The position numbers and the translations under genes are program-made. DNA of 64,000 bases from Dudresnaya verticillata (Eukaryota), in NCBI GenBank assembly GCA_977862235.1, contig OZ374564.1:2604001-2668000 (forward strand), given 5' to 3'. This document shows positions 1 to 11,129 of the stretch, piece by piece; positions within the stretch are counted from its first letter, which is position 1, and the number at the start of each line of letters is the position of its first letter. The notes below the pieces were generated by a model, which worked only from the letters and a program-made list of their open reading frames with translations, was not told the DNA's origin and made no database searches.

Positions 1-73
1 AAAAGGTTTACCCCGTCAGGTTAGCAAGCAAGAACTCCTAGAGGCACAAGCACGGTATGAGTATTGCCAAAAG

Positions 74-1582
74 ATGGCTAACCAAGTTGGTATCGCTGGC
101 TCTCAATTCCAGTGGGACCATAATGGTTTTCTAATCCGCCAAGCGACACTCGACGGAGCACTTCAGATAGTGGTGCCAAAGTCCCTGCGTCCCCGTATCC
201 TATACTTGGCCCACTATCCTCTCCTTTCCGGACACCCTGGTGGTTCAAGAATGTATTATACCCTCCGGCGACAGTTTTATACGCCGTATATGGCTAATGA
301 CGCATATGCCGTTGTGGGTGACTGTACTAAGTGTGTCCAAAATCGGGGTACCTTACGGAAACATCAGAACTACCTTAAGTTATTTCCCGCCGCTGGGACA
401 CTGGAATTCCTTGCTATGGACCTCGCGGGGCCTTTTCCGAAAACAGAACACGGTAACCGTTTCGTCTTGGTTATTACCGATCGGTTTTCTAAGCTTACGC
501 GCGCCATACCTTTACGGAATACCAATGGCCGTACGGTTGCGCAAGCTTTTCTCGACCACTGGGTCTACCCTTGCGGTGTTCCGCTCTATGTGCTTTCCGA
601 TAATGGTCCCCAGTTCATGTCAAAGTTCTTTGCCACGATCTGCCAAACCCTGGGGTTACGTCAGCTATTTACAACCGCTTACCACCCCCAGACCAATGGT
701 CAGGTCGAACGGTTCAATAAGACCCTTGTCCAGCGGTTACGTCATTATGTCGCAGATTATCAGCGCGACTGGGACAGTTACCTACATCCGCTTACCTATG
801 CGTATAACCTCCAGGTTCACCGCTCTACGGGTAACTCGCCCTTCGATCTCGTCCTATCCCAGCAACCTTCGGTTATACCTCTACAGGGTTCTCCCACAAC
901 GGGCTTTACCAATCAATTGGATTCGCAACTCACTGCTGCTTCGGTTAAGCGTTTAACCATTCGGAAACTTCAACAGGCTATTGCTACCGCTAAGGTCACC
1001 ATTACGGCTACCCAACAACGTTACAAATCTGCCTTTGACACCTCCGTGGCACGGCCTTTCTCGGTTACTGTTGGTGATTGGGTTTACCTCGATCGCCCTA
1101 AGTTCACTAAACGCCAAGTTGGTGAACGACAGGCTTCCCTCGTCGACCCCGCCGAGGAGCAGAACCTTTCTAGGAAACTTTTGCCCAAAGCGACCGGACC
1201 CTTTCTGGTTACCGCCGTTCATGCCAACCATACGGTTACTATTAAGCAATATGGGCTTTTTAATACCACAATATCACAAGACCGCATTTCGGTTAACCCT
1301 CATCGTGGTCCCCGCACCACTATCGACGACCTGGAAATTACTCAGGATCCACCATCGGCTCCTCCGCCGCCTACGGCGACCACCCACTCGGATTACTATA
1401 CAGTTGACCATTTGGTTAAGCACCGTGTCACCGACAGTGGTTACCAATATAAGGTTCGCTGGTATGGTTATGCCCCTAACGACGATACTTGGGAGCCACC
1501 CGCGCACATCCCTCACAACTTTTTGTTACGCTACTGGCGCCGGCTTGACAAGACGCCACCGCCTGGGGCTGGGGGGGTGTAG
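74..1582 (+). CDS. Gypsy pol C-terminus: integrase with chromodomain (5' part outside window)
   Basis: HHCC zinc finger (HYPLLSGHPG...CTKC), DDE core (AMDLAGP, SDNGPQF, GQVERFN), GPF motif, chromodomain YTVDHLVKH...YKVRWYGY...DTWEP. Confidence 0.95.
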   Translation: MANQVGIAGSQFQWDHNGFLIRQATLDGALQIVVPKSLRPRILYLAHYPLLSGHPGGSRMYYTLRRQFYTPYMANDAYAVVGDCTKCVQNRGTLRKHQNYLKLFPAAGTLEFLAMDLAGPFPKTEHGNRFVLVITDRFSKLTRAIPLRNTNGRTVAQAFLDHWVYPCGVPLYVLSDNGPQFMSKFFATICQTLGLRQLFTTAYHPQTNGQVERFNKTLVQRLRHYVADYQRDWDSYLHPLTYAYNLQVHRSTGNSPFDLVLSQQPSVIPLQGSPTTGFTNQLDSQLTAASVKRLTIRKLQQAIATAKVTITATQQRYKSAFDTSVARPFSVTVGDWVYLDRPKFTKRQVGERQASLVDPAEEQNLSRKLLPKATGPFLVTAVHANHTVTIKQYGLFNTTISQDRISVNPHRGPRTTIDDLEITQDPPSAPPPPTATTHSDYYTVDHLVKHRVTDSGYQYKVRWYGYAPNDDTWEPPAHIPHNFLLRYWRRLDKTPPPGAGGV

Positions 1583-2114
1583 ACTTCGTGGATTTTCGCA
1601 GACTCCAAAGTATCTCGTGAAGCGTCACTCAGGGAGTTAGCGTCACCCAATCAACAGGTCTCGCGACGGCGTTATCTCATGGAGTCAAATGAATCGGCAC
1701 TAGGTCTTACCCCCTCTTCACCTTTTCTATTTATTCTACGCTACTTGCCTACAGTACACTGTACTCTTTTAGAAACCAAGACAAAGGACAGCCACACAGG
1801 GAGATACAACACAAGACAGAAGATATTTTATTGGGCACTCGTCAGGTCACCCTAGAGGCTCATCTAATTAGAGTGCCTACTGGTAACGGGAACGTTTCCC
1901 AACCGACTCCTCGAAGTCGCCCGAACGAGAAGACGCAAGGCGACGGGGTTGGAAAGGAGACGCCCTGCGAGTCTCCGCAGGGGTGGTAACTCTAGGAGTC
2001 GCTTCGGGCAGCGCCGCTCGGCTCCCTGTCTCCACGGAAGTAGCCACACTGGTAGTAACACCGCCAGGAAGAGGCTGCGTCACCTGATAGGTAGAGGAGC
2101 CAGCTGGAGTCTCC

Positions 2115-4106
2115 TTAGGCGCCCCCCCCCACAACCATCTTGGTAATATCTGATGGAGCAGCGGGTTGCCGCTCAGCTCCCTGAACGGGCCCCGGCGACG
2201 CCAGAGCCAAAGGGTCACCCGGTTGATAGTTCACCAGTTGGGTTAGCGAATCGGTCGCGCCACGAGCGGAAGTCTTCGGCTGAATATCGCTCTTGCGTAA
2301 GACCTCCCGGGTGAACTTGGTACAGGAGGTGACGAAACTCGTGGAGTTCTGCGGCATCGCCGCCGCCATGCTCGCAAGAGAAGCCCGGACGTTGGCCACT
2401 TCGGTTCCCAAACGGTCCATCGTTGCCATATGGTTACCCAGTTGGTTCACTTGAAAGTTCCCCATCTGGGCCACCTCCCGGAGTAACCAAGTCAGGAGGG
2501 CCTCCTTCGACACCCACTCCCGAGCGGCATCCAGAGCCTCCTCTACAGTTGCCGGAACCGGAACCTTTGCAGCGCGACACGCCTCTTGAAGTCGACCAAA
2601 TTTAAGGTGACCAGAGGTAGAAAGGGTCGTTCCAGCTGGGACCGTCGCTGAACAAGAGGGACCACTCGGTGAAGCCAATGGGTTGACTTGTCGAGCCGCT
2701 GCTTCGCGAGTGACCATCGGGTGTATGCCAGTGGAGGGTGCCCGTGCGGGTGTCGCCGGACGCGCCTCACGCATTTGCGTTACTGTCCCCGGTGCCGCTC
2801 GTGGCTTTGGAGTCCCCGGACGCTCCCCCAGACCCAGGCGCGCAGACCTCGCTGGAGTCACTGGCCCTGACGCTGCCCGCGCCCGGTCGGGGTAACCACC
2901 GTAGGTGGGCGTCTCATCATCGTCAACCACTTGGTTTCTCTCCGTGTTCGGCCCCATGTGACCCCAGCCACGACCCATGCCCTCTTCCTCCCCAAAGGAG
3001 TAGAGAGGCGGACCAGGACGGTTATCAACGTTATGTCGCCTACCAAATCGGTCCACCGCTTCGGCAACTTCGGGGTCATACGCAACCCAAACCTCGCCGG
3101 CGGCCCACTTGAAGGTCTCCGATGCGGTTAGTAGTCCCGCCAAGTCGTCACCCGCAAAGGTACTACCCCCACAGATGAGGTCAACCCCGAGGGTGCGAAT
3201 GGACTCGATGAGTGTCTTAGACAAGCGGAACAGACGACCATCCGGTAGACCATCTTGGGCATGATAACCAGCTTCGGTATAGGGCGTAGAGTCCCACATG
3301 CCAAAGTAGGCTGCCTGAAGAAAGGACAGCGCTACGTGGAGTACCTGCTCGGTTTTGGCGATTGACCACACTGGGTAATACCACTTCGCCGCCGAGTCAC
3401 GCGCATGGGCGCCGAAGTACGCCAACACTCCCGGAGTTAACGACGGCAAGGAGCGCGGACCTTCGATGGCGTGCCACCAGCTGGGTTTCTTCACATAGTA
3501 ATCACGACGCCGACCCATGGGGATATTCCACATTTCGACGTTGTGAAACCCCGCTAGGAGACCATCGGTACGGTTGCGGATGCGCGTCTCCGTCCAGATG
3601 TCCACGGCCCACCGCTCGGTCAACCACCACAGGTCGGGAAAAGGCTTCGACTCCAGGAGTGACTCAGGAAGTAACTTGATCTCGTTCACCCACTGGTTAC
3701 CCTCAAGGAAGCGGTAGAGAGAGGGGACGTAGTCTTCTTCGAACCCGACACGCAGCCACTTGAGGTCACTACCATAGTGGTTCGGAACGAGGACGCTCGG
3801 CGGACAGTGAAGCAGACGCGCAACCCACTGGTTCTCGCGCTTACCCTCGGGGATCGCCCGGAAGCGGTAGGTGTCCGGATGAGTGTCCACGAGGTAACCT
3901 TGGAGTGGAAACTGCTCCAGCACCTCCTGGTTGGAAAACGCCGACAAACCGCCGTGGCCACTCATGGGGGACGACTGGGCCATCGCGGCGTAGTAACCTC
4001 CGCGGCTTACGCAAGGCGTGACTGGAAAGACCACGTCGGGGTTGGAGAGACGACGACGACGGGGTGGTGAACGGCGTGGTGTTGGTTGCGGTTGACGTGG
4101 GACCAT
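2115..4106 (-). CDS. Antisense extra ORF of Gypsy element 1, unknown function (~660 aa; probably runs to 1877 across a C9 homopolymer frameshift)
   Basis: Open for 699 codons from 4214, first ATG at 4106. Trp/aromatic-rich globular core, P/A/R linker, helical C-terminal part. AATAAA on the minus strand at 1827-1832. Confidence 0.75.
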   Translation of the reverse strand: MVPRQPQPTPRRSPPRRRRLSNPDVVFPVTPCVSRGGYYAAMAQSSPMSGHGGLSAFSNQEVLEQFPLQGYLVDTHPDTYRFRAIPEGKRENQWVARLLHCPPSVLVPNHYGSDLKWLRVGFEEDYVPSLYRFLEGNQWVNEIKLLPESLLESKPFPDLWWLTERWAVDIWTETRIRNRTDGLLAGFHNVEMWNIPMGRRRDYYVKKPSWWHAIEGPRSLPSLTPGVLAYFGAHARDSAAKWYYPVWSIAKTEQVLHVALSFLQAAYFGMWDSTPYTEAGYHAQDGLPDGRLFRLSKTLIESIRTLGVDLICGGSTFAGDDLAGLLTASETFKWAAGEVWVAYDPEVAEAVDRFGRRHNVDNRPGPPLYSFGEEEGMGRGWGHMGPNTERNQVVDDDETPTYGGYPDRARAASGPVTPARSARLGLGERPGTPKPRAAPGTVTQMREARPATPARAPSTGIHPMVTREAAARQVNPLASPSGPSCSATVPAGTTLSTSGHLKFGRLQEACRAAKVPVPATVEEALDAAREWVSKEALLTWLLREVAQMGNFQVNQLGNHMATMDRLGTEVANVRASLASMAAAMPQNSTSFVTSCTKFTREVLRKSDIQPKTSARGATDSLTQLVNYQPGDPLALASPGPVQGAERQPAAPSDITKMVVGGGA

Positions 4107-4280
4107 GTTGGAAAAACCTTTGAGGTGATGCTGCTGCGGAATAGAAGTACTGCTGCACGCGGGATCGATTGCCGGCCGACGACGGTCATGGGCGTCGAGC
4201 CGTCTGGATACCAAACGGTTATGATTTCGCGCGAAACACGTGCAGGCTGCCCTGGCGTCCCGAGGACGGGCCGCAATCTC

Positions 4281-4289
4281 GGGGGGGAG
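4281..4289 (+). other. Polypurine tract of Gypsy element 1
   Basis: GGGGGGGAG a few nt before the LTR start TG; same form as the PPT at 63871. Confidence 0.85.
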
Positions 4290-4292
4290 CTC

Positions 4293-4811
4293 TGTAATAC
4301 AGTGAAGGGCTTACAGAAGTGGGCCCTCTGCCCCCGTCTATACGCGGAAATAGCGTTACCTGTAGGGCGCCAGCAGGGACAAGACGGGTAGCCTATGATT
4401 GGTCCAAGTGTCACTCTGCAGGTCAGTAGCTTAGTATCTGTGTATTTATTTTAGAAATTATAGCTTAGGATAGGGGGCGTGTATATAGCCCAGTATGAGG
4501 GTTGCTGCCTGACAGTCGGAGTACCATATAAGGGTATCTCCCGTAGCGGTCACTGAACAGTAAAGGCAAGCACCTTTCGGCCCCAACTACGTCTCCAAGC
4601 TATCGGCACCGCAGCGCACTTGTCACCCGTGCCCGGTTAACCGCCCGCCCAGTGAACTACCTTCAGTATCGTGCTTCCAATCAGGTTACGTGCCCTCGTC
4701 TACTCTCTGGGTTCCTCCCGCTCTACCACCGCTACCAGGCACCCGCTCTGTGGCTTTCTCATTGAGTGCACTCTTTGAGTTCACAAGAGACCTAAAAGGC
4801 ACTTCCTTACA
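4293..4811 (+). repeat. 3' LTR of Gypsy element 1 (~519 bp)
   Basis: Starts TGTAA after the PPT and ends TTACA; internal TATATA near 4482. Partner LTR is outside the window. Confidence 0.75.
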
Positions 4812-5114
4812 GCGGAACAGGTCATTGGCCAGGTTAAGTCTCGATTCGCTTCTATGAGAGAGCTGCGTGTTCAGATTGATACAGAGGAGGACATCCGCAG
4901 GGCAGGAGACTGGATAATATCTGCATTCGTGTTACACAACATTTGCCACCAGTACCGGGACTACGTCCCACCTATGAGCGAAAGCGCCTTCCGTTCCCCA
5001 TCCGTAAGCCCAGATTCTATACCTGGGGCAGAGGGGTCTTCTGCTTTTGTTAAACGCGAGGCGGTTAAGGACAAAGTTTTACAGCATATGGTAGAAAATG
5101 GCACTTACCTTTGA
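4812..5114 (+). pseudogene. C-terminal fragment of a PIF/Harbinger (HARBI1-like, DDE_Tnp_4) transposase, interrupted by Gypsy 1
   Basis: Frame right after the LTR reads AEQVIGQVKSRFASMRELRVQI...WIISAFVLHNIC, matching the Harbinger E..FG.LK.RF..L...LHN signature. Confidence 0.85.
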
Positions 5115-5254
5115 CGCTTCTGCTTGCCGTATGACATTTGTTGTGAGAGTGTGGAAGAGAAATTTCTTTAATGTGTACCGAGACATGCATGCCATTTATA
5201 TCTGACGTGGGAGAGTCCAGCGCACTGAGCATGAGAGAGTTAGGATAAGTTCAC

Positions 5255-6952
5255 TTAACAGTTTGCCAAGTGGTCTTGGACAAACTTTTCCAGCATGGCT
5301 TGAAAGCGCACGTTGCCTGGGTTGTTATCAACAAGCCGTTGAAGCGTGGCTATTCGTGTTGTTACCTTTCGTTCCTCGGCTTCTGCCTTTTGCATTTCCA
5401 AGCGTTGTTGTTCAATCTCGCCCTGACGCTTCGATGCACTTTGGACCACGTCTACAAATCTATCAACACCCGAGAGGTGCTCTTCAACCTTCGCGCGCTT
5501 TGAACGCCCGCTCGCCGCCCCTGACTTTGGCTTCGAATCCCATGCGATCGCATGAGGTTCCGCTTCGTCAAAGCAGAGCTGCTCTGCGGCACTGTAATCT
5601 CGTTTCTGCCCTACAACCACACCCTTCGGAGCATGCTGTTCACCGCCATTTGGACTCCCGTTGTCGTCCTTTGAGTCGCTATTCGCACTAGTGAGTCCCG
5701 CCACAATTTTTGCTTCTTGTTCATCACAAGAGACGTCTCTAGACGTCGCCGCTTCGTCAACATCGTAGGTACTGACCCTCTTTGGAGTCAGCTCCGCAGC
5801 AGCAGCGCTGTTGGCTGTACCACCATGCATGGGGTGGCATTCTTCTCCACAGGTATTGTCTGGAGGTCGCACTTTCGAAGTGCATTTGAGATGCTCTGAG
5901 TTAGACTCCCAACGTAACGCAGATGATCCAACCCCGATGGCGCCCTAAGAGCATTTGTAGCTCCCCATCTCTCCACAAACAAAATTCACATTCTCCATAT
6001 ATGTTTCATAAGCAGCCATGGACACATCTGTTGACTTGGTTGCTTGGCGGGCAATGGCAACGCGCCGGCGACGAATCGTCTCCGGGTCTTTAACAAATGC
6101 AGAGGGAGGCAACCCGTCGTTGTTCCATCTTGCAAGCTCCTGAGGGAGCTTGCGGAGAAATCGCTGCACTTTAGCTAGAGCAGCAGGTGATGTGCCCAAA
6201 ACTTGTTTGGCGTCAGGGTCACCTTGCAGCACCATTCGGCTTATTTCACTGACATTAAACCTCAGCTCACTTCCATGTTGCAAGTTACCTCGCACACGTT
6301 TGTCAATGACGAATCTAGTTAGACCAACAAGATACATCTTTGTGCTCATCGAGTACGCATTGTTCTTCCGGCAGTAGGGCAGACTAGGCAGTGCCGGTAG
6401 ACCAGTTGGTCTTGCTCTGGAACCTCGGGCAACCGTTGCTTCCATTTGCGCAACATTACTTGTCTCTTGCTCTAATGGCGGAGATGAAACGAGCTTTGTT
6501 TTTCCTGAGTGATCCTCGGATAGCTTCGTGGTTGTGGTCTCTTTTACAGCAGCAATATGACGCGGACCATCCTGTGTCGGGCATGCCTCATTGTATTTAC
6601 TGACAGAACTTCTGTTCCGTCCCTGTGGTTCCTCTTGTTCAACAACACTAGCCGACTGAATATAATCGTGTCCTACATTTGGTAGGTCTCGAATACCATC
6701 ATCATCGACTAAGTCAATCAGTCCCTCCTGCTCCCGCAACTCTTCAGCTTGTTCACCGCGCACTTCCTGCGCCATTGGTGCCACACATTGCATGGCTGTT
6801 GATCCCTGTGTCGGAGTCAGGGTCAGGGCCTCGATGTCCCGGTGACCATCTGGGATTTGGGCTGGTGGGGAGCACCTTGTCCTTTTCACCTCCTTTTTCT
6901 TTGTTCCTCTTCCTGCAGCCTCAACTGTCTTTGCGGCTTCCAGACCTCCCAT
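5255..6952 (-). pseudogene. Harbinger accessory (Myb/SANT-type ORF2-like) protein with one premature stop
   Basis: ORFs 5945-6952 and 5255-5872 are in one frame, separated only by TAG at 5945-5947. Convergent with the transposase; acidic low-complexity regions and a terminal coiled coil (EIEQQRLEMQKAEAEERK). Confidence 0.6.
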
Positions 6953-7973
6953 TCGCTGATTCCCATCGGCTCTACCGTTGGTTTCCCGAAGCCCGCCTCA
7001 ACAAAACGGAGAGCTCGAAATTGGCGTGGTATGTGTTTCTCGCAGCGCTCCTGCACGCGGTGTTGACAGTTTTCGCCTGGAAGGTTTTGACTGTCGCTTC
7101 GTTCTGCGTGGCGGGTTCCGTTTAGGGGCCATTTGCAGTTCCTAAAGATAGTGAGAAGTGTTCAGGTGTACTCTCAGGTCTGTTGAGGGATATTCACGGC
7201 AGGTCTGCAGTGATCTGTAGTCTTGAACACCACTTAAAGTGGTTCGGTTGTCAGGCGGATAGGTGGTAAGCCTGTAAACGATACACTTGTGTTAACGACG
7301 TCAAAAAGCTCTGTGTGCTCCTCGGTTTAGCACTAAGCAGAACTGTACCCTGTTCGGTGCACAGCTTGTGTTGATGGCATGTGGGATCGTGTGTCCGAAT
7401 GCGGACCAAGGCACGTCGTTGTGATCAGATGGCTGCAGCGCTGAAGAAATGCAGCGCCGGAGTGGATTGGGATTCTCGTGGTGAGAAACGGTTGGAAGAG
7501 CTTTGAGTGACAGGAGGATGGACACGAGGAGAGGGTGAACGAAAGACGGGGTTGAGAGCAGCTCGGTGAGGAGCGAGACGGCGGTTTTCACATGGACCAC
7601 TCGACGGCGCCAGCCGATGTGGAATTTTCTACTTTCCATTTCACGAGCTGTTGTGGCTCCTGATGGAGGAAACGCCAGGACTCCGTGAATAGCTGTTTTT
7701 GAGGTCATTTTAATCGCTTGCAGTGCGGGAATTGTGAAACCCCCAAGTAGTACCGGCTTCTTTTATTGTGTTTTCTTTCTCTCCACATCTTTTGCCCAAG
7801 TACTCATACTACAGTACTATATCTCTACATTTTGTGAAGCTTTGCTTTCCTTTCGTGCCCGGAGAGAGTCCCAAATATCGGGGAGTTCGGGAGGGTCCTA
7901 GAGAGCTGCCGTAGCATTTCATGGACCCATCTGACCATGACAGAGTACTATGTGTAGTCCCTCATAGTCATTA

Positions 7974-8900
7974 GTGATGATTCAATATTAATAGGTTGTT
8001 CCAGGTGGTCCTACGCGGGCGACACGGGCCCATCAGCAGGCACACCAACCCTGAGGGCCGAGTAGCGTTACTGGATATCGTTACAGAACACACCGCAGGG
8101 GATGTCACCGGGACGGGGAGTGGGAGGAGGAGAGCGAAGGGGACCAGGGATCTGGGAAAGCAGTCGCACCGAGATTGCTAATGGCACGGATAGTGGTCGA
8201 GACAGCAGCAATATCAACAGTGGTCGGGTTGTGCTTTGAAAACTTTCGCAGGGCCCTTGAGTTCGAGCGGAGGGTCTCGCGGTTTGATGGGCTTTGCGGT
8301 GGGATAGGGAAGGTGAAAAGTACCAACGGGTGGCAAGGAGCCGATTGTGGTAGTCGGGGAGGAGTAGCGCTTGAGAAAGGGCGTTTGGGCATGGCCCTGG
8401 TGACGAAATGTCAAGTCTTGTGACGTTGGTTTTAATTTGTGTTTATGTCCCCCGCTTTCATCCGCTGACCAGAATGCACTACTGTGCGGGCTTGGATAGA
8501 ACTCGTAAACAATTTTACGAAGGTTTGGGCCAAGTGATGGCAGGGGTTACCCCAGTAGCCATGTTGAGATGGTAGCACAGTGGCTACCAAGTCCGCGACG
8601 AGCGCGTTTTCCGCATAGTAGCGGAGGCCAGCTGGTGTAACCCACTGAGTCACTAGAACGAATAGAACTGAAGTTATAACAGAACTTGCAGGTAATAGAT
8701 GAATAGCGGTGTGGGCGGGTTGGGAATCAAAAATAAGTCTGCAGCCGCACGCGACTGAGTTGGCAGGACACTGGGAGAGTTTAGGGCGACACGAGCGACT
8801 TATGCGAACCAAAAGTCAGGTCTCTGGCTTGGTGATGGTTCAGGTCTGGCCCGGAGGGGAGGGGGCAGACCCGCGGATTGTTCCCGCATTTGCGTGCAAC
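7974..8900 (-). mobile_element. Degenerate LINE 3' remnant
   Basis: Encodes LSQALLLPDYHNRLLATRWYF, similar to LPLALQLPDHQGRKLATRWNL of the LINE at ~15200, and ends in the shared tail GTGCCTGCTGATGGGCCCGTGTCGCCCG..GGACCAC...ATCATCAC. Confidence 0.7.
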
Positions 8901-8905
8901 TGTTT

Positions 8906-9164
8906 GTGATGTTGTACTTTATTGAATCTTTAACGTGCGCGGTTGCGCGGGCGACTAGGGCCCATTTGCAGGCACACGCCCTACACTAGACGGGCTTACA
9001 CCCATAATCTGGAGGCAGTCCAGCCGGCTCCATGAGAAGAATGGGCAAACAACCCTGGTGGGGAAAAATCCTTGAGAAAATTGTAGAACCATTGGACCTG
9101 GCGGGAGTCGAACTCGGTTTCCCGGAATCAACGGCGCAGCCGTGAACCACTGCACCACCCGTCC
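8906..9164 (-). mobile_element. tRNA-derived SINE (~260 bp)
   Basis: Head 9164-9093 has box A TGGTGCAGTGG, box B GAGTTCGACTC and a partial acceptor stem GGAC/GTCC. Tail GTGCCTGCAAATGGGCCCTAGTCGCCCG...AATAAAGTACAACATCAC matches the local LINE tails. Confidence 0.75.
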
Positions 9165-9366
9165 GCCTCCGCGGGCGGGTGTATTCTCCACGATCGCCGC
9201 ACCGCCCCGAAACTTTTTCGAACCGGTGTCGAAAAGTTTTCAAACTTCGTGTTCGTCGCTCGCTGTCTCCAATCCGGATTAGCGCCTTGATCCACTTCCA
9301 GCCGCCTGTCGTTCAGCTCATCCCGCTATCGACATAAAACCATTTCCACGTGCCTCGAAACACACT

Positions 9367-9980
9367 TGTATAGCTAGCAATTCAGAATACAGAACGGCTT
9401 CCAACAGTACCTCCCAAACAGCACGGGAGCTGCCATCGATCCATCCCTAGACACCAAGGTGGAAACGGGTGAACATGTAGCCGTTTTGTTCTTGAAGAAG
9501 AATCTATTCGGGAAAAACCACTGCCGCATCTTGTTCATGCCTTTCTCCGCTCGCCTCCCGCCGCATTTCGTACCGATGAAGGCCGCAACAATAGAGATAG
9601 TCGAGGTCTGACACGCAACACGTCTTGTTGGAAAGCAGACATACGACTCGATGTATTCCCAGCATTGCTGCTCAGCCGATTCCTCTCTCGTCGATAATCT
9701 CGCACACTCGCTTTGCCAGCCGACCAAAAGGGCAGCCCCCAAAACCCCCCCACTGAGATTCTTTCCTGACAATAGTCAAAAAACGGCCTGCGATGCGTTG
9801 CTACACATGGGCTGTCCATGCATCACCACGCTTGGCAATGTACAGGGCAGTTTATATATTTTATTGCCTGCACGTCGTATACACTTCTTTTTCGGTTGCA
9901 GAAAGGTGGCAAGAGGGATTAAACTTGTTTAAGCTTTGCAAAAGCGCTCAAAGTGCAACTGCATGTATCAACCTGTGTTT
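9367..9980. repeat. Diverged copy of a ~600 bp non-coding repeat also at ~13325-13940, in each array unit, and at 41178-41536
   Basis: Direct similarity, e.g. TTCAGAATACAGAACGGCTTCCAA...CCATCCCTAGACACCAAGGTGGAAACGGG. Confidence 0.85.
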
Positions 9981-10199
9981 ATGTGTCGGAACACTATCCC
10001 ACATGCAGAGGTACATGCAGAGCTTTAGGCATGACACGCCGCTTGGGGAAGAGTGGTGTTCGAAGAGACGTGTACGGCTGCATACCATGTGCAGTGTAGT
10101 AGAAGACGCGACAGTCAAAGGGGATATGTTTTCTTTGTAGTCTCACTTTTTTCTGTTCTACCTTCGCAAAGGTGAAGGCAGAGCGGAATCGAGATTAGA

Positions 10200-10765
10200 A
10201 TACAGAGCCACTAAACCATTCCTGAAGGAAACCCGTCACTACCACTTCACCAACCCCTTCTGTAATGATAAGAAGGGCGCAGGACAGGGGCTCTGCAAAC
10301 AATAACGTTGCTTGCCGGTCGTGTCCAGTCCAACATCAGCAATACCTCCACTATTCACACCGACCATAATAAGAAAGCGTACCATCCTAGTCACGGCGGC
10401 CGAACTCTACACTTGATCAGAATCTGCAACATAATCTGCGAGCAACCTTCATACATTATCAACTTCACACAACCCCTCATCTTTTAACTTTCCTTTGCAA
10501 CAGCTGCCCCGTCTTGGAAACCCCAGTTCTACCAATCCGTGTGCATTTAATCTCTTACCGTTCTCCCTGCTTATCTGCAATGAAACCCCATTCCGAAAGC
10601 TTCCTGCTCCACTGCGCCCTTGTAATTAATACACAGCCAGACTAGTCCTAAAAGCCTAACAAGCCCACAATCCCATGCGTTTGAGAAGCACATTCTGCCT
10701 GCACATGGGCCTTTAAGTCGCCCGAGCGGGACCACCTAAAACAATCAATAAAAGTTTACCATCAC
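10200..10765 (+). mobile_element. Degenerate LINE 3' remnant ending in the shared tail (repeated, with a deletion in the tail, in later units)
   Basis: Tail TGCCTGCACATGGGCCTTTAAGTCGCCCGAGCGGGACCAC...AATAAAAG...ATCAC at 10696-10765. 10360-10475 is also found at 41530-41645, where it runs into LINE C-terminal-like codons. Confidence 0.5.
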
Positions 10766-11129
10766 ATTCCCATCAACTCGCTTTATTTCTACAGTTGTCG
10801 TAAACACAACCATGTTGTTGCAATCTTTTTCCTTTTGCTGCAATAGTATGCAAAAGTCCTGAAGACTTTGTTATAGTTTGATAGAGTCTACTTATACCGT
10901 CAACTGGGAAATTTCGTTGAGACCTTCAATGCAATGGGCTTAACAGCAGCATGAAGTATGAATTGGCATTCCCCAACTTTATTGAGAAATGGTGAACGGC
11001 GGGAAGGCACTAACAGCTTCCTCTCTCACTAACACTTGAAGGCCAGGAAGTATATGTTACAACGCCACTGAATCACATAAGCAGTATTTAGTTGCGAGCG
11101 GCCCCCTTCTAGCAGTGCGGAGGTAGGGC

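Larger units (their letters stand above)
1..4811 (+). mobile_element. Ty3/Gypsy chromodomain LTR retrotransposon 1, 3' part (integrase, antisense ORF, PPT, 3' LTR)
   Basis: Integrase plus chromodomain ORF, G-rich PPT at 4281-4289, then TGTAA...TTACA bounded segment. Sequence after 4811 switches abruptly into a Harbinger transposase frame. Confidence 0.9.

Noticed and set aside
7860..7905. Possible Harbinger terminal inverted repeat
   Set aside because: No partner end in the window and no clear TAA/TTA target site, so it cannot be supported.
9093..9164. Functional tRNA gene
   Set aside because: Acceptor and anticodon stems pair poorly, and the head runs into a LINE-type tail, which fits a SINE.
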